DNA of 64,000 nt from an uncultured Lentisphaeria bacterium. Lineage in GTDB: Bacteria; Fidelibacterota; UBA8477; JABMPR01. Shown here piece after piece: positions 32,314 to 42,367 of the stretch. The translations under genes were made by a program, and so were the position numbers. Positions within the stretch are counted from its first letter, which is position 1. Every line of letters starts with the position of its first letter. A model generated the notes under the pieces. It was not told where the DNA came from, did not search any database, and saw only the letters and a program-made list of their open reading frames with translations. The stretch is taken from contig CAYVVT010000014.1 in the NCBI GenBank assembly GCA_964454335.1, forward strand, positions 8,858 through 72,857, read 5' to 3'.

Positions 32314-34167
32314 CTAATCTTCCAGCTTAACCAATTCAGTATAAGAATGTATACCTGGTCGCTGGTAATAGGAGTCCATGGAACCGTCCTGAGTGATCTC
32401 ATAGGTGATCGTCTGCTTCCAGTCTGCTGCCTCGAGAACCAGCTTCCCATTCCTGAACGCCCCTTTAAACCGCTCCCAGCCCGGTTCATTGATGCCCCAT
32501 TGATAAGCCACACCCCAGGCGTAGATGGCATCCACCTCATGGCGGCTCCTGATGTTCTCAACCACCAGCAGATGATCAAGAATGCCATCGCTCACGCCAA
32601 ACCATTTCCCGGAATACCTGGCCAATGAAGCTGGTATTGCTTCTGAGGGCGGGACTACCTGTGTGTCATGGGGTAAGACAGCGGAGATCTCAAGCGTTTC
32701 CAGCATTTCCCCATAGCTGTTCCTGTATCTGAATTGATACCCTTGAGGATCACTTAACCAGCTCAATACCTCCCCGACAGGGTCGTTGGTATCCAGCCAG
32801 TAATCTGGAAGATATCCCACACACTCCTCCAGTCCCGGAATGAAGATGAGTTGACGCGGAAGTATGAGGATCAGTTTTGAATGGGGCAGGAAATAATCAC
32901 AGGTGCTTGAAAATTGAGCTGATCCACCCGTGTTCTCACCGATGGTGATCTGATCTGGAACGGATCGAGACGATCCAACCATATTCTCACCGGCAGACAG
33001 CACTCTTCTATTTGTCAGAAGGATCAATTTGCCCCTGTATTCACCCAGTATTTTTCGTTTATCAGTTCGACTGAAATCCCAACTTTTATGAGGAGTTCGC
33101 TTATAATCCACAGCCTTTCTGCTGTATCTGGCAACCAAATCGCGTAGAGCCGGAGAAACATCGGGTTCGTCATCCAGATCATATGCGGCATAATATGCGG
33201 TAATGGCGGGAGATGTAAGCTCAGCCCAATGGGTCTCCCACTGGACGCTCCCATTCAGATTCCTGATAAATGTCTGTGGAAAAACAGAGGAGCCGCCTCC
33301 ATTATTGAACAGATTGACGATGATGGTTTCCTCATCTCTCAGTATCTTCCCCGCTTCCATGAATTCCTGCATCTGGGGATAGAGGGCATCAGCAAAACTG
33401 GTGATCCTCAACACCGAGATTTTATTGAGACGGTCGATATAGAACGGTTTGGGATCATCAAAGCGGGCGAACATCAACCGGCTTTTGTGCAGTGGGATCG
33501 CGATCTCTTGAAGATCAAATTCAAATTTATGTGAATTCACCGTTCCAAAGGAAAAGACACCGATGAAATAATGTTTTTTATCGGGAGGAGAGAGTGTCTG
33601 GAACAGATAGGATTCCTTGTCCTCCTGGGTGAACAGTGCACCCGCTTCTATTTTCTCGTTCTTCGAATCAATGACCCGGTAGAGACCTTGATCTGTCTGC
33701 TCAACCAGGATATCACTGAAGAAAACCGATTTGTGTCTGTATGCCTGGTGATATCCAGAGCCAATGAAGGAAATATGACCATCGTAAAACTGGTCCAATA
33801 TTCTGGCGACTTCATTTTCGAAATCTGTTGTCCTGACATACTCTGTATTGGAGACAAAAGCTTTCAGGTGCTCGAAGTAGCTCTGGAAATTTACACCTTT
33901 ATATTGCCAATACTCAAAACCGGAATACGACGTACTGATCAAGTATTCCAGCATCTCAATATCTTCAAGCGCTTCGACTGTCGAAAGCGAATCGGGGATT
34001 TGATGCTTCATACCCCTATGGAATGGAAAGATCTCTCGATAGCTTGTTGGTGAGGATGACTGACTGATGAAATTGCTGAATTCATCCGGGATATTTTGTT
34101 GAGGATTTTCAACACTGCATGTGCTCAAGACGATCAAACACATCAAAATTGTACAGTTAGATCTCAT
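32314..34167 (-). CDS. S41-family (tail-specific/C-terminal processing-like) peptidase lipoprotein
   Basis: Lipobox: LIVLSTCS. S41-like motifs are IVNLFNNGGGSS and LILLTNRRVLSAGENMV (Ser in SAGE). There is an extra C-terminal ~150-aa domain. Confidence 0.65.
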   Translation of the reverse strand: MRSNCTILMCLIVLSTCSVENPQQNIPDEFSNFISQSSSPTSYREIFPFHRGMKHQIPDSLSTVEALEDIEMLEYLISTSYSGFEYWQYKGVNFQSYFEHLKAFVSNTEYVRTTDFENEVARILDQFYDGHISFIGSGYHQAYRHKSVFFSDILVEQTDQGLYRVIDSKNEKIEAGALFTQEDKESYLFQTLSPPDKKHYFIGVFSFGTVNSHKFEFDLQEIAIPLHKSRLMFARFDDPKPFYIDRLNKISVLRITSFADALYPQMQEFMEAGKILRDEETIIVNLFNNGGGSSVFPQTFIRNLNGSVQWETHWAELTSPAITAYYAAYDLDDEPDVSPALRDLVARYSRKAVDYKRTPHKSWDFSRTDKRKILGEYRGKLILLTNRRVLSAGENMVGSSRSVPDQITIGENTGGSAQFSSTCDYFLPHSKLILILPRQLIFIPGLEECVGYLPDYWLDTNDPVGEVLSWLSDPQGYQFRYRNSYGEMLETLEISAVLPHDTQVVPPSEAIPASLARYSGKWFGVSDGILDHLLVVENIRSRHEVDAIYAWGVAYQWGINEPGWERFKGAFRNGKLVLEAADWKQTITYEITQDGSMDSYYQRPGIHSYTELVKLED

Positions 34168-34381
34168 GAAAGCCCCGGACCAATGTTTCTGGATAAGAAT
34201 TTTGGCTGAAAATATGCCATATCAGGAATTATGAAAGACGGATTGATAGTCGCTGCTGCTGGCTCTGTTTTATTCCAGTGCCTCTCAGCCAGATGACGGG
34301 TAAGGCAGGAGAGCCTGGCCGATAATCTCTGACAATAAACAGCTATTTGTTCCCGAGATGCTCTGACTTCCTACACTGAGC

Positions 34382-35104
34382 TTAGTGCGTCCCTACCGCA
34401 CCCTTGATGAGATTCTCAAAATAGACCGGTACCTTCGTTGTGAAGGTCATCTCTTCTTTTGAATGGGGATGAACAATCGTCAGGGTGGCTGCATGCAGGG
34501 CCAGACGCCTGATACCATCGTCCTTTTTGCCATACTTCTTATCGCCGGCTACGGGAAATCCCCGATCAGCAAGGTGGACGCGGATCTGATGCTTTCTGCC
34601 TGTCAGCAGTTCAATTTCCAGAAGACTGTATTTGATGGATTCTTTCAATACCCTGTATCCGGTACGGGCCAGCTTTCCTTTTTTCGAGTCCATCACAGAA
34701 TACACTTTATGTGCGATGTTCTCTGCGAGATAGGAGCTAAGCTCCCCCTCCTTCTCCGGTAGAAATCCATGTACCAGGGCATAGTACTTTTTGTGGAACT
34801 CCGGCCACTTTGCCTGTAGAAAGCGTTTGGCCTTGGGATCCTTGGCAAAGACGATGATCCCCGATGTATCCTTATCCAGACGATGCACAATAAATACCCG
34901 GTTCCTGGATTTTGGATTTCCTTTGCGCACATAATCGGTCAAGCGATAGTAGGCCGTATGACTTCTGACTTTATCACTACTTACCGTCAACAGACCGCTA
35001 GCTTTATCCACAACCAGGATATCCCGGTCTTCATGTATGATCCTGAGTCCTCTCGGCTGATGTCTTTTTGAGGTCTTTTTAAAGTGTTCTTGAGGTTCAC
35101 GCAT
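34382..35104 (-). CDS. RluA-family pseudouridine synthase
   Basis: The catalytic motif is VHRLDKDTSGIIVFAK. The conserved C-terminal region is HQIRVHLA...G.PV.GD..YG. Confidence 0.9.
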   Translation of the reverse strand: MREPQEHFKKTSKRHQPRGLRIIHEDRDILVVDKASGLLTVSSDKVRSHTAYYRLTDYVRKGNPKSRNRVFIVHRLDKDTSGIIVFAKDPKAKRFLQAKWPEFHKKYYALVHGFLPEKEGELSSYLAENIAHKVYSVMDSKKGKLARTGYRVLKESIKYSLLEIELLTGRKHQIRVHLADRGFPVAGDKKYGKKDDGIRRLALHAATLTIVHPHSKEEMTFTTKVPVYFENLIKGAVGTH

Positions 35105-35221
35105 AGTGTATACGGCGGGTTTTAGGACGTATGTCCTTTACTCGTGTTTCGACTTCTGACCTCGGGCTCATGTGGTTCTCCATTCGAAGTGAAAAGGCAG
35201 CCCAAAGTCTCTCTTGAAAAC

Positions 35222-36379
35222 TCAACTCACGGTCGGATCGATAGGAGTGTGGGGATAGTCTGATTTACGTTTCTGAAATGATAAGATTTCAGATTTTTGA
35301 ACCACCCCGGCGTCAATGTTTACAGCTCGCTTTAAAGTCTCATTTTGTTGCCATCTCGCATGGCCTTCTATCACATCTGGTAAATGAACAACCAAGGCAG
35401 CAGAGATAGACCGTGAAGCACTTTGCCAGAGATAGCTCGGTGTATGATCGACAGCATAATAATCTACCGTTCCAACTTTGAACATTGGATCTCTGAATGT
35501 GGTTGGTTTGGCAAAGAAAAATCCCATTCCTTCATCGCAACTGACATCGATGATCAATAAACCTGGCTTCAGCGATGACCGCTCCTCTTCACTCACAAAG
35601 AGGATGGGATTATCTGGATCTTGAAAAGTACCATTCACAATGATATCTGATAGTCTGATCAGATCAATCAAGGGTTGGGCAGATCCATCGTGTTCCACCA
35701 CCATCATGCGAGCTTCACCTTCATTGCCATCCCGGATGCGCACATAGTGACAATCTAAAACTTCCTCACGAATTTCGTGGTCGGGACGCTGGATACAAAT
35801 GGTGATATCTCTATACCCACGTGCCTTAAGAGCGTAAATGGCTCCTCTACTAACTGCGCCAAAACTAAAGATAATTACCTTACGTTGCCTCCCGTAATGA
35901 CCGTCGATTCCCTTAAGCTGCAGCGCATGCAGCACTGCACAGTAGCCAGCCATTTCATTGCTTTTATAAAAGGTGTGACGACCAATGTGTCCACTGGGTC
36001 CCCATACGAACATATCCTCAAAAGCAATAAGCGTTTGTTTACGGTCTATTGCTACCTGAGTGAGAGATCTCTGTTGAACACAATGTGGCCAGCCCCACAA
36101 GATCCCACCTTCACGAAGCTCTTCAAGGTCGGCCACCACTGGTTTTGGAAGGATTACATTACCAATGTCGGTTAATAACTCATTGCGTGAAGCGATACCA
36201 CCTACTTGCTCAGCTAATTCTGCATCGTCCATTCCAAATCGTTTTCCATAGCCTTCTTCAAATATTAGCTGGCGGCGTACTTTCTCAGATAAACGCGACA
36301 AGTGCTCCAGATGAATTGGGACACGCCGCTCATCCATTTTTTTCGATGTGCCTATAATACCAAATTCTAATTTATCCAT
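35222..36379 (-). CDS. AlaDH/PNT-fold NAD(P)-dependent dehydrogenase (N5-(carboxyethyl)ornithine synthase / saccharopine dehydrogenase-like)
   Basis: The N-terminus (EFGIIGTSKKMDERRVPI) and the central Rossmann-like segment (VIIFSFGAVSRGAIYALKARGY) resemble the alanine dehydrogenase/PNT family. The family call is made from memory of this pattern only. Confidence 0.5.
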   Translation of the reverse strand: MDKLEFGIIGTSKKMDERRVPIHLEHLSRLSEKVRRQLIFEEGYGKRFGMDDAELAEQVGGIASRNELLTDIGNVILPKPVVADLEELREGGILWGWPHCVQQRSLTQVAIDRKQTLIAFEDMFVWGPSGHIGRHTFYKSNEMAGYCAVLHALQLKGIDGHYGRQRKVIIFSFGAVSRGAIYALKARGYRDITICIQRPDHEIREEVLDCHYVRIRDGNEGEARMMVVEHDGSAQPLIDLIRLSDIIVNGTFQDPDNPILFVSEEERSSLKPGLLIIDVSCDEGMGFFFAKPTTFRDPMFKVGTVDYYAVDHTPSYLWQSASRSISAALVVHLPDVIEGHARWQQNETLKRAVNIDAGVVQKSEILSFQKRKSDYPHTPIDPTVS

Positions 36380-36656
36380 ATCGTCACCTACTTGTTATTC
36401 AATGAGCATGATCCTTTTTTGAAAGCCCTGTTTACTTTCAAATTGGATTGATTGGTCCCTGAAAATAGGGCCAATTCTAGCTGTTAAGTGGCTTATTATC
36501 AAGTCCAGGTCACTTTTGCTCGATTAATTCTTGAGCGCCTGCCAGCCAAGTAACCTTTCCTCTCACCAAATCCCTTTTCTAATAATACTTAACAGTTCAG
36601 CGCAACAAACGGGTAGCCGGCATTTGGGTAGCCTGTTGGGGAGGATTAGCACCATG

Positions 36657-36718
36657 AACACAGAATATCGAATTAAGAAGAAACCCAGACGATGGACTTC
36701 GGTGTTCTGAAATCGAGA
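36657..36718. repeat. Intergenic repeat, copy B
   Basis: GAACACAGAATATCGAATTAAGAAGAAACCCAGACGATGGACTTCGGTGTTCTGAAATCGAG. See copy A at 32211-32303. Confidence 0.6.
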
Positions 36719-36826
36719 AACGCCCGGGGATCGGAGACTCGAATGAAGGCAGATACTAGCTGGTTTTATCTATCTATGATTACAACACTTAAGTCCTGTA
36801 TTTAAAATCGGTGTCCTGCCCAATGA

Positions 36827-38098
36827 CTAGGGAATGACGCCTACCCTGCAGGCCCCCTGCTCTCTCAGGTGGAGTATTTGAATAGCTTCCGCACCGATCA
36901 CAGATTCAATCATTAGCTTGAACTCATCAAAATCATCTTGATGGACATAAACCTGCATGGTACCAGCGAAGCCTCCGCCATGAACCCGGCCAACCCCTCT
37001 CCCCTTCATTTCGAAGAAAAGCTGAGACAGCCCGAGAGCGAAGGCTAATCCTTGTTCCACACCGTCCGAAAGTGGAGGTACAGTGTTCTGTAGAACATTC
37101 TGGGAGGATTGACCGCTGGCACTCACGATTGATAGGTACTCATCGAATGATCCACGGGAAAGTGTGGTGAGCATATTCTCGACTCGATCATTCTCATGAA
37201 AGAAATGAAATGCACGGAGAACTGCTCTGTCACCGTGCTTCTCTCGAAGTTCTTTGCTACGATTTATAAGATCAGTGATCGTACTATTCCTAAGATATTC
37301 TACGCCCAGATCTGCCGCGATCTTAGCCAGTTCTGTGGGAATTGAAGCGTAGGCATGGGTTAGATCATCATGGCTGCTCCCGGTGTTGACCGTAGCCAGG
37401 GTATACTCGGTTTTATCAAAATCAAAGTGCACATCCTTCAAGATCACATCGTCTGGATCTCTGAAGTCAATCAGTTGGATGCCGCCAAGCGCAGACGCCA
37501 TTTGGTCCATCAGTCCACAGGGCTTCCCGAAATACTCATTCTCTGCAAACTGACCAATTCGCGCAAGGTCAGGTGCCAGCACTCTGGAATCGTTGAAGAG
37601 TTCATTCAATATGGCAGCCAGCAAAACCTCAAAACTGGCTGATGATGACAGCCCTGACCCTATTCCAACCGTACTATGTACTACCGCATCAAATCCACCA
37701 CTGTCACCGCCCAGGTCATGCATTCCCTGGAGGACTCCTCTGAGCAGGGCCGAGCTGGTTTCTACCTCATCAGGGTGAGGATCAAGATCATCCAGTGAGA
37801 CTTCATAGCTTTCGTTAAGGTTCAGAGAATGAACTCTCGCAATCCTCTCCTCGATTTTACGTGCGAGTGCCAGACTATCCTGTTGGACGGCGGCGCACAA
37901 CACTTTCCCCCGGTTATGATCTGTATGATTGCCTCCAAGCTCAGTCCTGCCCGGGGCACTGATGAGTGTACCACCCTGCCTAAAGCTGGTTCTTAGCGAT
38001 TCTATCCTGGAAGAGATCTCTCGTCCTCCATCCAAGCCATACAGCTCTTTAAGGACACGGCCTTCGATATTGGGATCAATCATATTTAGTGCTTTCAT
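36827..38098 (-). CDS. galK: Galactokinase (GHMP kinase)
   Basis: GRTELGGNHTDHNRG matches the galactokinase signature region. The GHMP ATP motif GIGSGLSSSASFEVL is present. It is adjacent to galT. Confidence 0.85.
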   Translation of the reverse strand: MKALNMIDPNIEGRVLKELYGLDGGREISSRIESLRTSFRQGGTLISAPGRTELGGNHTDHNRGKVLCAAVQQDSLALARKIEERIARVHSLNLNESYEVSLDDLDPHPDEVETSSALLRGVLQGMHDLGGDSGGFDAVVHSTVGIGSGLSSSASFEVLLAAILNELFNDSRVLAPDLARIGQFAENEYFGKPCGLMDQMASALGGIQLIDFRDPDDVILKDVHFDFDKTEYTLATVNTGSSHDDLTHAYASIPTELAKIAADLGVEYLRNSTITDLINRSKELREKHGDRAVLRAFHFFHENDRVENMLTTLSRGSFDEYLSIVSASGQSSQNVLQNTVPPLSDGVEQGLAFALGLSQLFFEMKGRGVGRVHGGGFAGTMQVYVHQDDFDEFKLMIESVIGAEAIQILHLREQGACRVGVIP

Positions 38099-38109
38099 TT
38101 GATCGCCCG

Positions 38110-39132
38110 CTATTTGTTAATATCCTGAATGACGGATCGCAATCGTTCGGCGGCCGACTCAGGTGTCAAGTCTCTCTGCGCTTCCGCAAGCATCTCATAA
38201 CCTACCATGAACTTTCTCACTGTTGCCGATCTCAATAGAGGTGGATAGAAGTGGGCATGGAGTGTCCAAAACCCCTGTCCCTGCCGTGATCTGGGAACCT
38301 GGTGCCAACCCATGCTGAAGGGAAACTCTGTTGCGAAAAGATGATCATAACCGGACCAGAGTACTCTCAATGCTTCTTCCAGCTCGTCGATCTGCTGGTC
38401 ATCCAGATTCTCAAAGGTCTCAGTGTGTGCGCTAGGCAGGAGCAAGGTCTCAAAAGGCCAGACAGCCCAAAACGGCACCAGGATCACCCAGGAATCATTG
38501 CGATAAACAACCCTGTCAGCAGCCAGCAACTCGGAGTCCAGGTAAACCTGCAGAAGGGGCTTGGCATTGGAGCTGAAATACTCTGCCTGGTGCTTTACTT
38601 CCTTTTCGATCTCTGTCGGTTGGAAGTCACCCGCCCAGATCTGCCCATGTGGGTGTGGATTGGAAGCACCCATCAATGCGCCCCGGTTCTCAAACACCTG
38701 AACATACTCGTAGTCATTCAGTAAGCCCCTAGACTCCTGTTGCCAGGCAAGAATGACCTCTTTTCTCCCCTTGGGAGTAAGATTACCAAGTGAAAGGTCG
38801 TGTCTTGGTGAATAGCATATCACCCTTGACGTACCTGAAGCAGGCTGCCAGGTCAATACGCTATCTTCACCACTGATTTGACTGCCCTCCGGCAAAAGCG
38901 CGGGGAAGTCATTCGTGAACACGAATGTCTTGTCGTAATCAGGATTTGTGTCTCCATTCGCTCTCAGGTTGCCGGGACACAGGTAGCATTCTGGGTCATA
39001 TGCTTCAGCGGTTCCGGGAGCAACCTCATCCTGCTTTCCCTGCCATGGTCGTGCAGTTCGATGAGCGGAAACCAGCACCCATTCACCGGTTAAGGAGTTG
39101 TACCTTCGATGAGGTGTGTCCGGGATAGGCAT
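38110..39132 (-). CDS. galT: Galactose-1-phosphate uridylyltransferase
   Basis: The zinc site is CYLCPGN and the active-site HPH is in SNPHPHGQIW. The length is 340 aa. Confidence 0.9.
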   Translation of the reverse strand: MPIPDTPHRRYNSLTGEWVLVSAHRTARPWQGKQDEVAPGTAEAYDPECYLCPGNLRANGDTNPDYDKTFVFTNDFPALLPEGSQISGEDSVLTWQPASGTSRVICYSPRHDLSLGNLTPKGRKEVILAWQQESRGLLNDYEYVQVFENRGALMGASNPHPHGQIWAGDFQPTEIEKEVKHQAEYFSSNAKPLLQVYLDSELLAADRVVYRNDSWVILVPFWAVWPFETLLLPSAHTETFENLDDQQIDELEEALRVLWSGYDHLFATEFPFSMGWHQVPRSRQGQGFWTLHAHFYPPLLRSATVRKFMVGYEMLAEAQRDLTPESAAERLRSVIQDINK

Positions 39133-39150
39133 TTCCTGGCCGATGATGTT

Positions 39151-40785
39151 CTACCAGAAGATGGCATACAGCGCCACCAGGATTATGCTGATGATCACCG
39201 CGCTGATATTGAAAGCTGGTCCCGTTTTGAAATATTCCCGTGAAACGGGTATACCCTTTGGATCAGTATGACCTTTCCCTTCAATCTGGCTGATGATACC
39301 AATGATGACCATCGTCAGGATCCAGACGATCATCATCTGATGCATCCATGGCATCTCTGTTCCCAGTTTCAGGCCAAGTCCAATGGGGATCGATGATACA
39401 GCACCCCAGATAGCAGCATTGTTCGTCGATCGTTTATAGAACAGTCCCATCATAAATACCCCAAGAATACCAGGACTGACCAGCCCTGTGTACTCCTGGA
39501 TATACTGGAACATCTCTTTCACTGAACCGAGGGAGGGTGCAACGGCAACTGCGATCACCAGCGCTGCCAATACTGCGATCCGGCCAGTGGTCACTGTCTG
39601 CTTATCAGAAGCGTCCTTATTGATATAGGCTCGGTAGATATCCATTGTGAAGATTGTGGATGTGGAGTTCAACATGGAGGCCAAGGAGGATACAATCGCG
39701 GCTGATAGTGCTGCCAGAACCAGCCCTTTTAATCCCATCGGTACGAACTGGCTGATCAACCAGGGATATGCCTTGTCGTAGTTCACTCCACCCTCTCCTC
39801 TACTGAATGCCTCCGAGACGCCAGCAATTGGCGCAGTTCCATCAGGAGCCGTGAACATGACGTATGCGACAATTCCGGGAATGACTACGATCAGGGGTAT
39901 AATCAGCTTCAAGAAGGCGGCGAAGGCTATTCCCTTCTGTGATTCCTCAAGAGATTTGGCAGCAAAGGTCCGTTGAATAATGTATTGGTTGAATCCCCAG
40001 TAATACAGATTGGCAACCCACATACCCCCAACCAAAACAGCAATCCCAGGTAGATCCCCAAAGCTTGGATGCCCTTTCTTGAGGATCATATGAAAGTGTT
40101 CCCCCGCGGAATTGTAGATGTGGCTTAAACCATTCATCACACCACCATCCACCGTGACATGGTTCAGGGCGATCACGCTCGTGATCAACCCTCCTACGAT
40201 GAGCAGGATCACTTGGATCACATCAGTCCAGGCTACTGCAGAGAGCCCTCCCCAGATGGAATATGCAGCTGCAAAGAACGCAAGGGCCAGTATCCCGTGC
40301 ATGATGTATTCTCCGGTTCCAGTCCCCAGAATAGTGTCCAGAGCTTTGGCGCCGAGAAACAGGACTGAGGTAAGATTCACGAAAATGAAGAGACCGATCC
40401 AGAAAACCGCCAGGATGGTCTTCAGGTTCTTGCTATACCGGACCTCAACGAACTGTGGGATCGTGAATATCTTTTTCTCAATAAAGATGGGTAAGAAGTA
40501 CTTACCAACGATTATCAGGGTAAGGGCGGCCATCCACTCATAGGAGGCGATAGCCAGACCTAGAGAAAACCCTGATCCGGACATGCCAATGAATTGTTCA
40601 GCTGAGATATTCGCTGCAATAAGAGATGCACCGATGGCCCACCAGGGAAGCGACTTGCCTGCGAGGAAGTAGTCCTCAGCATTTTTCTGATGTCCCTCCT
40701 TGCTCCGGGATACCCAGAGTCCGACTGATACGATCGTGATGACATATGAGATAAAGACCACATAATCGAGTGCTGAAAATTGCAT
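39151..40785 (-). CDS. Sodium:solute symporter (SSS/SGLT family) sugar transporter
   Basis: 544 aa with ~13-14 TM. The N-terminal region DYFLAGKSLPWWAIGASLIAANISAEQFIGMSG is typical of the SSS family. It lies in the gal cluster. Confidence 0.85.
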   Translation of the reverse strand: MQFSALDYVVFISYVITIVSVGLWVSRSKEGHQKNAEDYFLAGKSLPWWAIGASLIAANISAEQFIGMSGSGFSLGLAIASYEWMAALTLIIVGKYFLPIFIEKKIFTIPQFVEVRYSKNLKTILAVFWIGLFIFVNLTSVLFLGAKALDTILGTGTGEYIMHGILALAFFAAAYSIWGGLSAVAWTDVIQVILLIVGGLITSVIALNHVTVDGGVMNGLSHIYNSAGEHFHMILKKGHPSFGDLPGIAVLVGGMWVANLYYWGFNQYIIQRTFAAKSLEESQKGIAFAAFLKLIIPLIVVIPGIVAYVMFTAPDGTAPIAGVSEAFSRGEGGVNYDKAYPWLISQFVPMGLKGLVLAALSAAIVSSLASMLNSTSTIFTMDIYRAYINKDASDKQTVTTGRIAVLAALVIAVAVAPSLGSVKEMFQYIQEYTGLVSPGILGVFMMGLFYKRSTNNAAIWGAVSSIPIGLGLKLGTEMPWMHQMMIVWILTMVIIGIISQIEGKGHTDPKGIPVSREYFKTGPAFNISAVIISIILVALYAIFW

Positions 40786-40794
40786 AAACGGTTC

Positions 40795-41082
40795 CTACTG
40801 TTCTATTCGTTCAAGGGGATTGTCTGCTGCCAGTGTTCCAAATCTATAGTTTATCCAGTGGACGTACTCCTCCCATGGGTTAAACCTCACTGAGGGAAAC
40901 GAGCCATGATTCGGAGCGTCGGGGTATTCTTGCAGTTCAAGACACACTACCTGTCTGGGGCTGAAGGTTCTCCCAAATTTTCCCGGTACCTCACCATTCA
41001 GAAAGTTGCTGGTATAAAGTTGTAGTCCCGGTGCTAAGTTATGAAATACGGTGGCCTCCTCTTGGGGAGCCTGCCTGCCCAA
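40795..41082 (-). pseudogene. galM: Aldose 1-epimerase (galM) C-terminal remnant
   Basis: Only ~95 codons are present (PGLQLYTSNFLNG...VCLELQEYPDAPNHGSFPSVRFNPWEEYVHWINYRFG). These match the last quarter of GalM-type mutarotases (~350 aa). The ORF begins at a TTG right after an in-frame stop. The 165 nt up to the next gene cannot encode the missing N-terminal ~250 aa. Confidence 0.6.
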
Positions 41083-41247
41083 GCGCCTTTGATCTTATCC
41101 AGCAGATCAGGCTTTTATAATTCAAGGATCTCGGAATTCGGGGGTTTGATCATGAGTACCAGCAGTATGATCCGGAAACATTCCATCGTGTCTCTACTCA
41201 TGGGATATCTCTCTTTCGAGTAGCGTAAAATGCTTGAATTTATGAGT

Positions 41248-42291
41248 TTAGTTTTCAGGCAGATGATAGATCTCCACAGACTGATAGAAATCACTCATAA
41301 TTGCATCTTTATCAAAATTTTCCCAAATAATGATCTTCCTGGGATTGTCAGGTTGATCAAGCCATGCACCTTCTACAAATTCTGGTGCAGGGATCTCCAC
41401 CCTATCCGCCCAGGTCGGATTCTTGATAATAGCCACAGCAGCCATGTCAAATAAGGGTCTGGAAGAATTCTCTTCTCTGAAATTCTTGAACAACGAGACT
41501 GAATAATCACCGAAGTTGTTGAAAGAGCCTCCGTGCCTTCCAATTACCTCACCAGCGATGTGCGGTCCTTTACCAGGCATGATCTCCCTTATATCTTTCA
41601 GGTATGCCTTGACTGCATCTGTACCAGTCTCTCTGTCATACCGTACCATGACCATCTCGAATTCGACATCGGATCCTAGAATCGGATCAATCGATGGGAT
41701 GTCGTTGTCAAAATTGTATTCGCCAGGTTCAGGGTAATTTGTGCCCAACCATACGATGCGCACCTTGGGGATAATTGTGGGATCTTTTGTGAGTGCCAGA
41801 GCAATGTTGGTCAGTTTACCCACCGGGACGAGCAGGAGTTTTCCCTCACGCTGTTCATGAGCCTGCTCTATAATAAAATCCACAGCTTCGGCACCATCGA
41901 ACGCTGGATTGTTTACACTGTCCTTGATCTCTTCATATGATGCGTTGGCACCCTTCAGGATCGGGACCTTTCCGGCCATACCACAGAGATTCACGACCCT
42001 GTCTGCTTCTTCCCAATGCTTCTGGATATCACCCCCGTTAAAGGTCTTGTTAACAGTGATACCCTTAACATCGAAGACGTGACTATTGAAAAGCATATAG
42101 GCGATGGCGTGCTGATCGTCCAATTCATTATTTGCATCTGTATCAAAAACCATTGGAATTCTGTCAGAGACAATGGTGGGTGGCATTTCCTCCGCGGATC
42201 TCGTAGCAGGGGTTTCAGGCGCTGAACCCGCACAGGATATAAGCGCAAAACAGATGATGACAGAGGTTAATAACCCTATGTTCTTTTTCAT
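41248..42291 (-). CDS. Nucleoside hydrolase (IUNH-fold) family lipoprotein
   Basis: Lipobox: FALISCAG. The N-terminal aspartate cluster is VFDTDANNELDDQHAIAYM, compared with the DxDxxxDD motif of inosine-uridine nucleoside N-ribohydrolases. Confidence 0.75.
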   Translation of the reverse strand: MKKNIGLLTSVIICFALISCAGSAPETPATRSAEEMPPTIVSDRIPMVFDTDANNELDDQHAIAYMLFNSHVFDVKGITVNKTFNGGDIQKHWEEADRVVNLCGMAGKVPILKGANASYEEIKDSVNNPAFDGAEAVDFIIEQAHEQREGKLLLVPVGKLTNIALALTKDPTIIPKVRIVWLGTNYPEPGEYNFDNDIPSIDPILGSDVEFEMVMVRYDRETGTDAVKAYLKDIREIMPGKGPHIAGEVIGRHGGSFNNFGDYSVSLFKNFREENSSRPLFDMAAVAIIKNPTWADRVEIPAPEFVEGAWLDQPDNPRKIIIWENFDKDAIMSDFYQSVEIYHLPEN

Positions 42292-42367
42292 GGTCAGTTG
42301 TCCTCATTTTTGCGTGTAAGCTGCATTCTACTATATCGAAGTACAGCGTTAGCGTTAATCCATCAGC

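Noticed and set aside
31000-33000. An apparent drop in GC content between the left (redox/regulatory) half and the right (carbohydrate) half. This could indicate an island boundary or a chimeric assembly.
   Set aside because: Spot counts of individual 60-nt lines ranged from ~37% to ~62% GC on the right side and ~53% on the left. The variation is too large to support a breakpoint without a proper sliding-window calculation. A GC and tetranucleotide skew plot would settle it.
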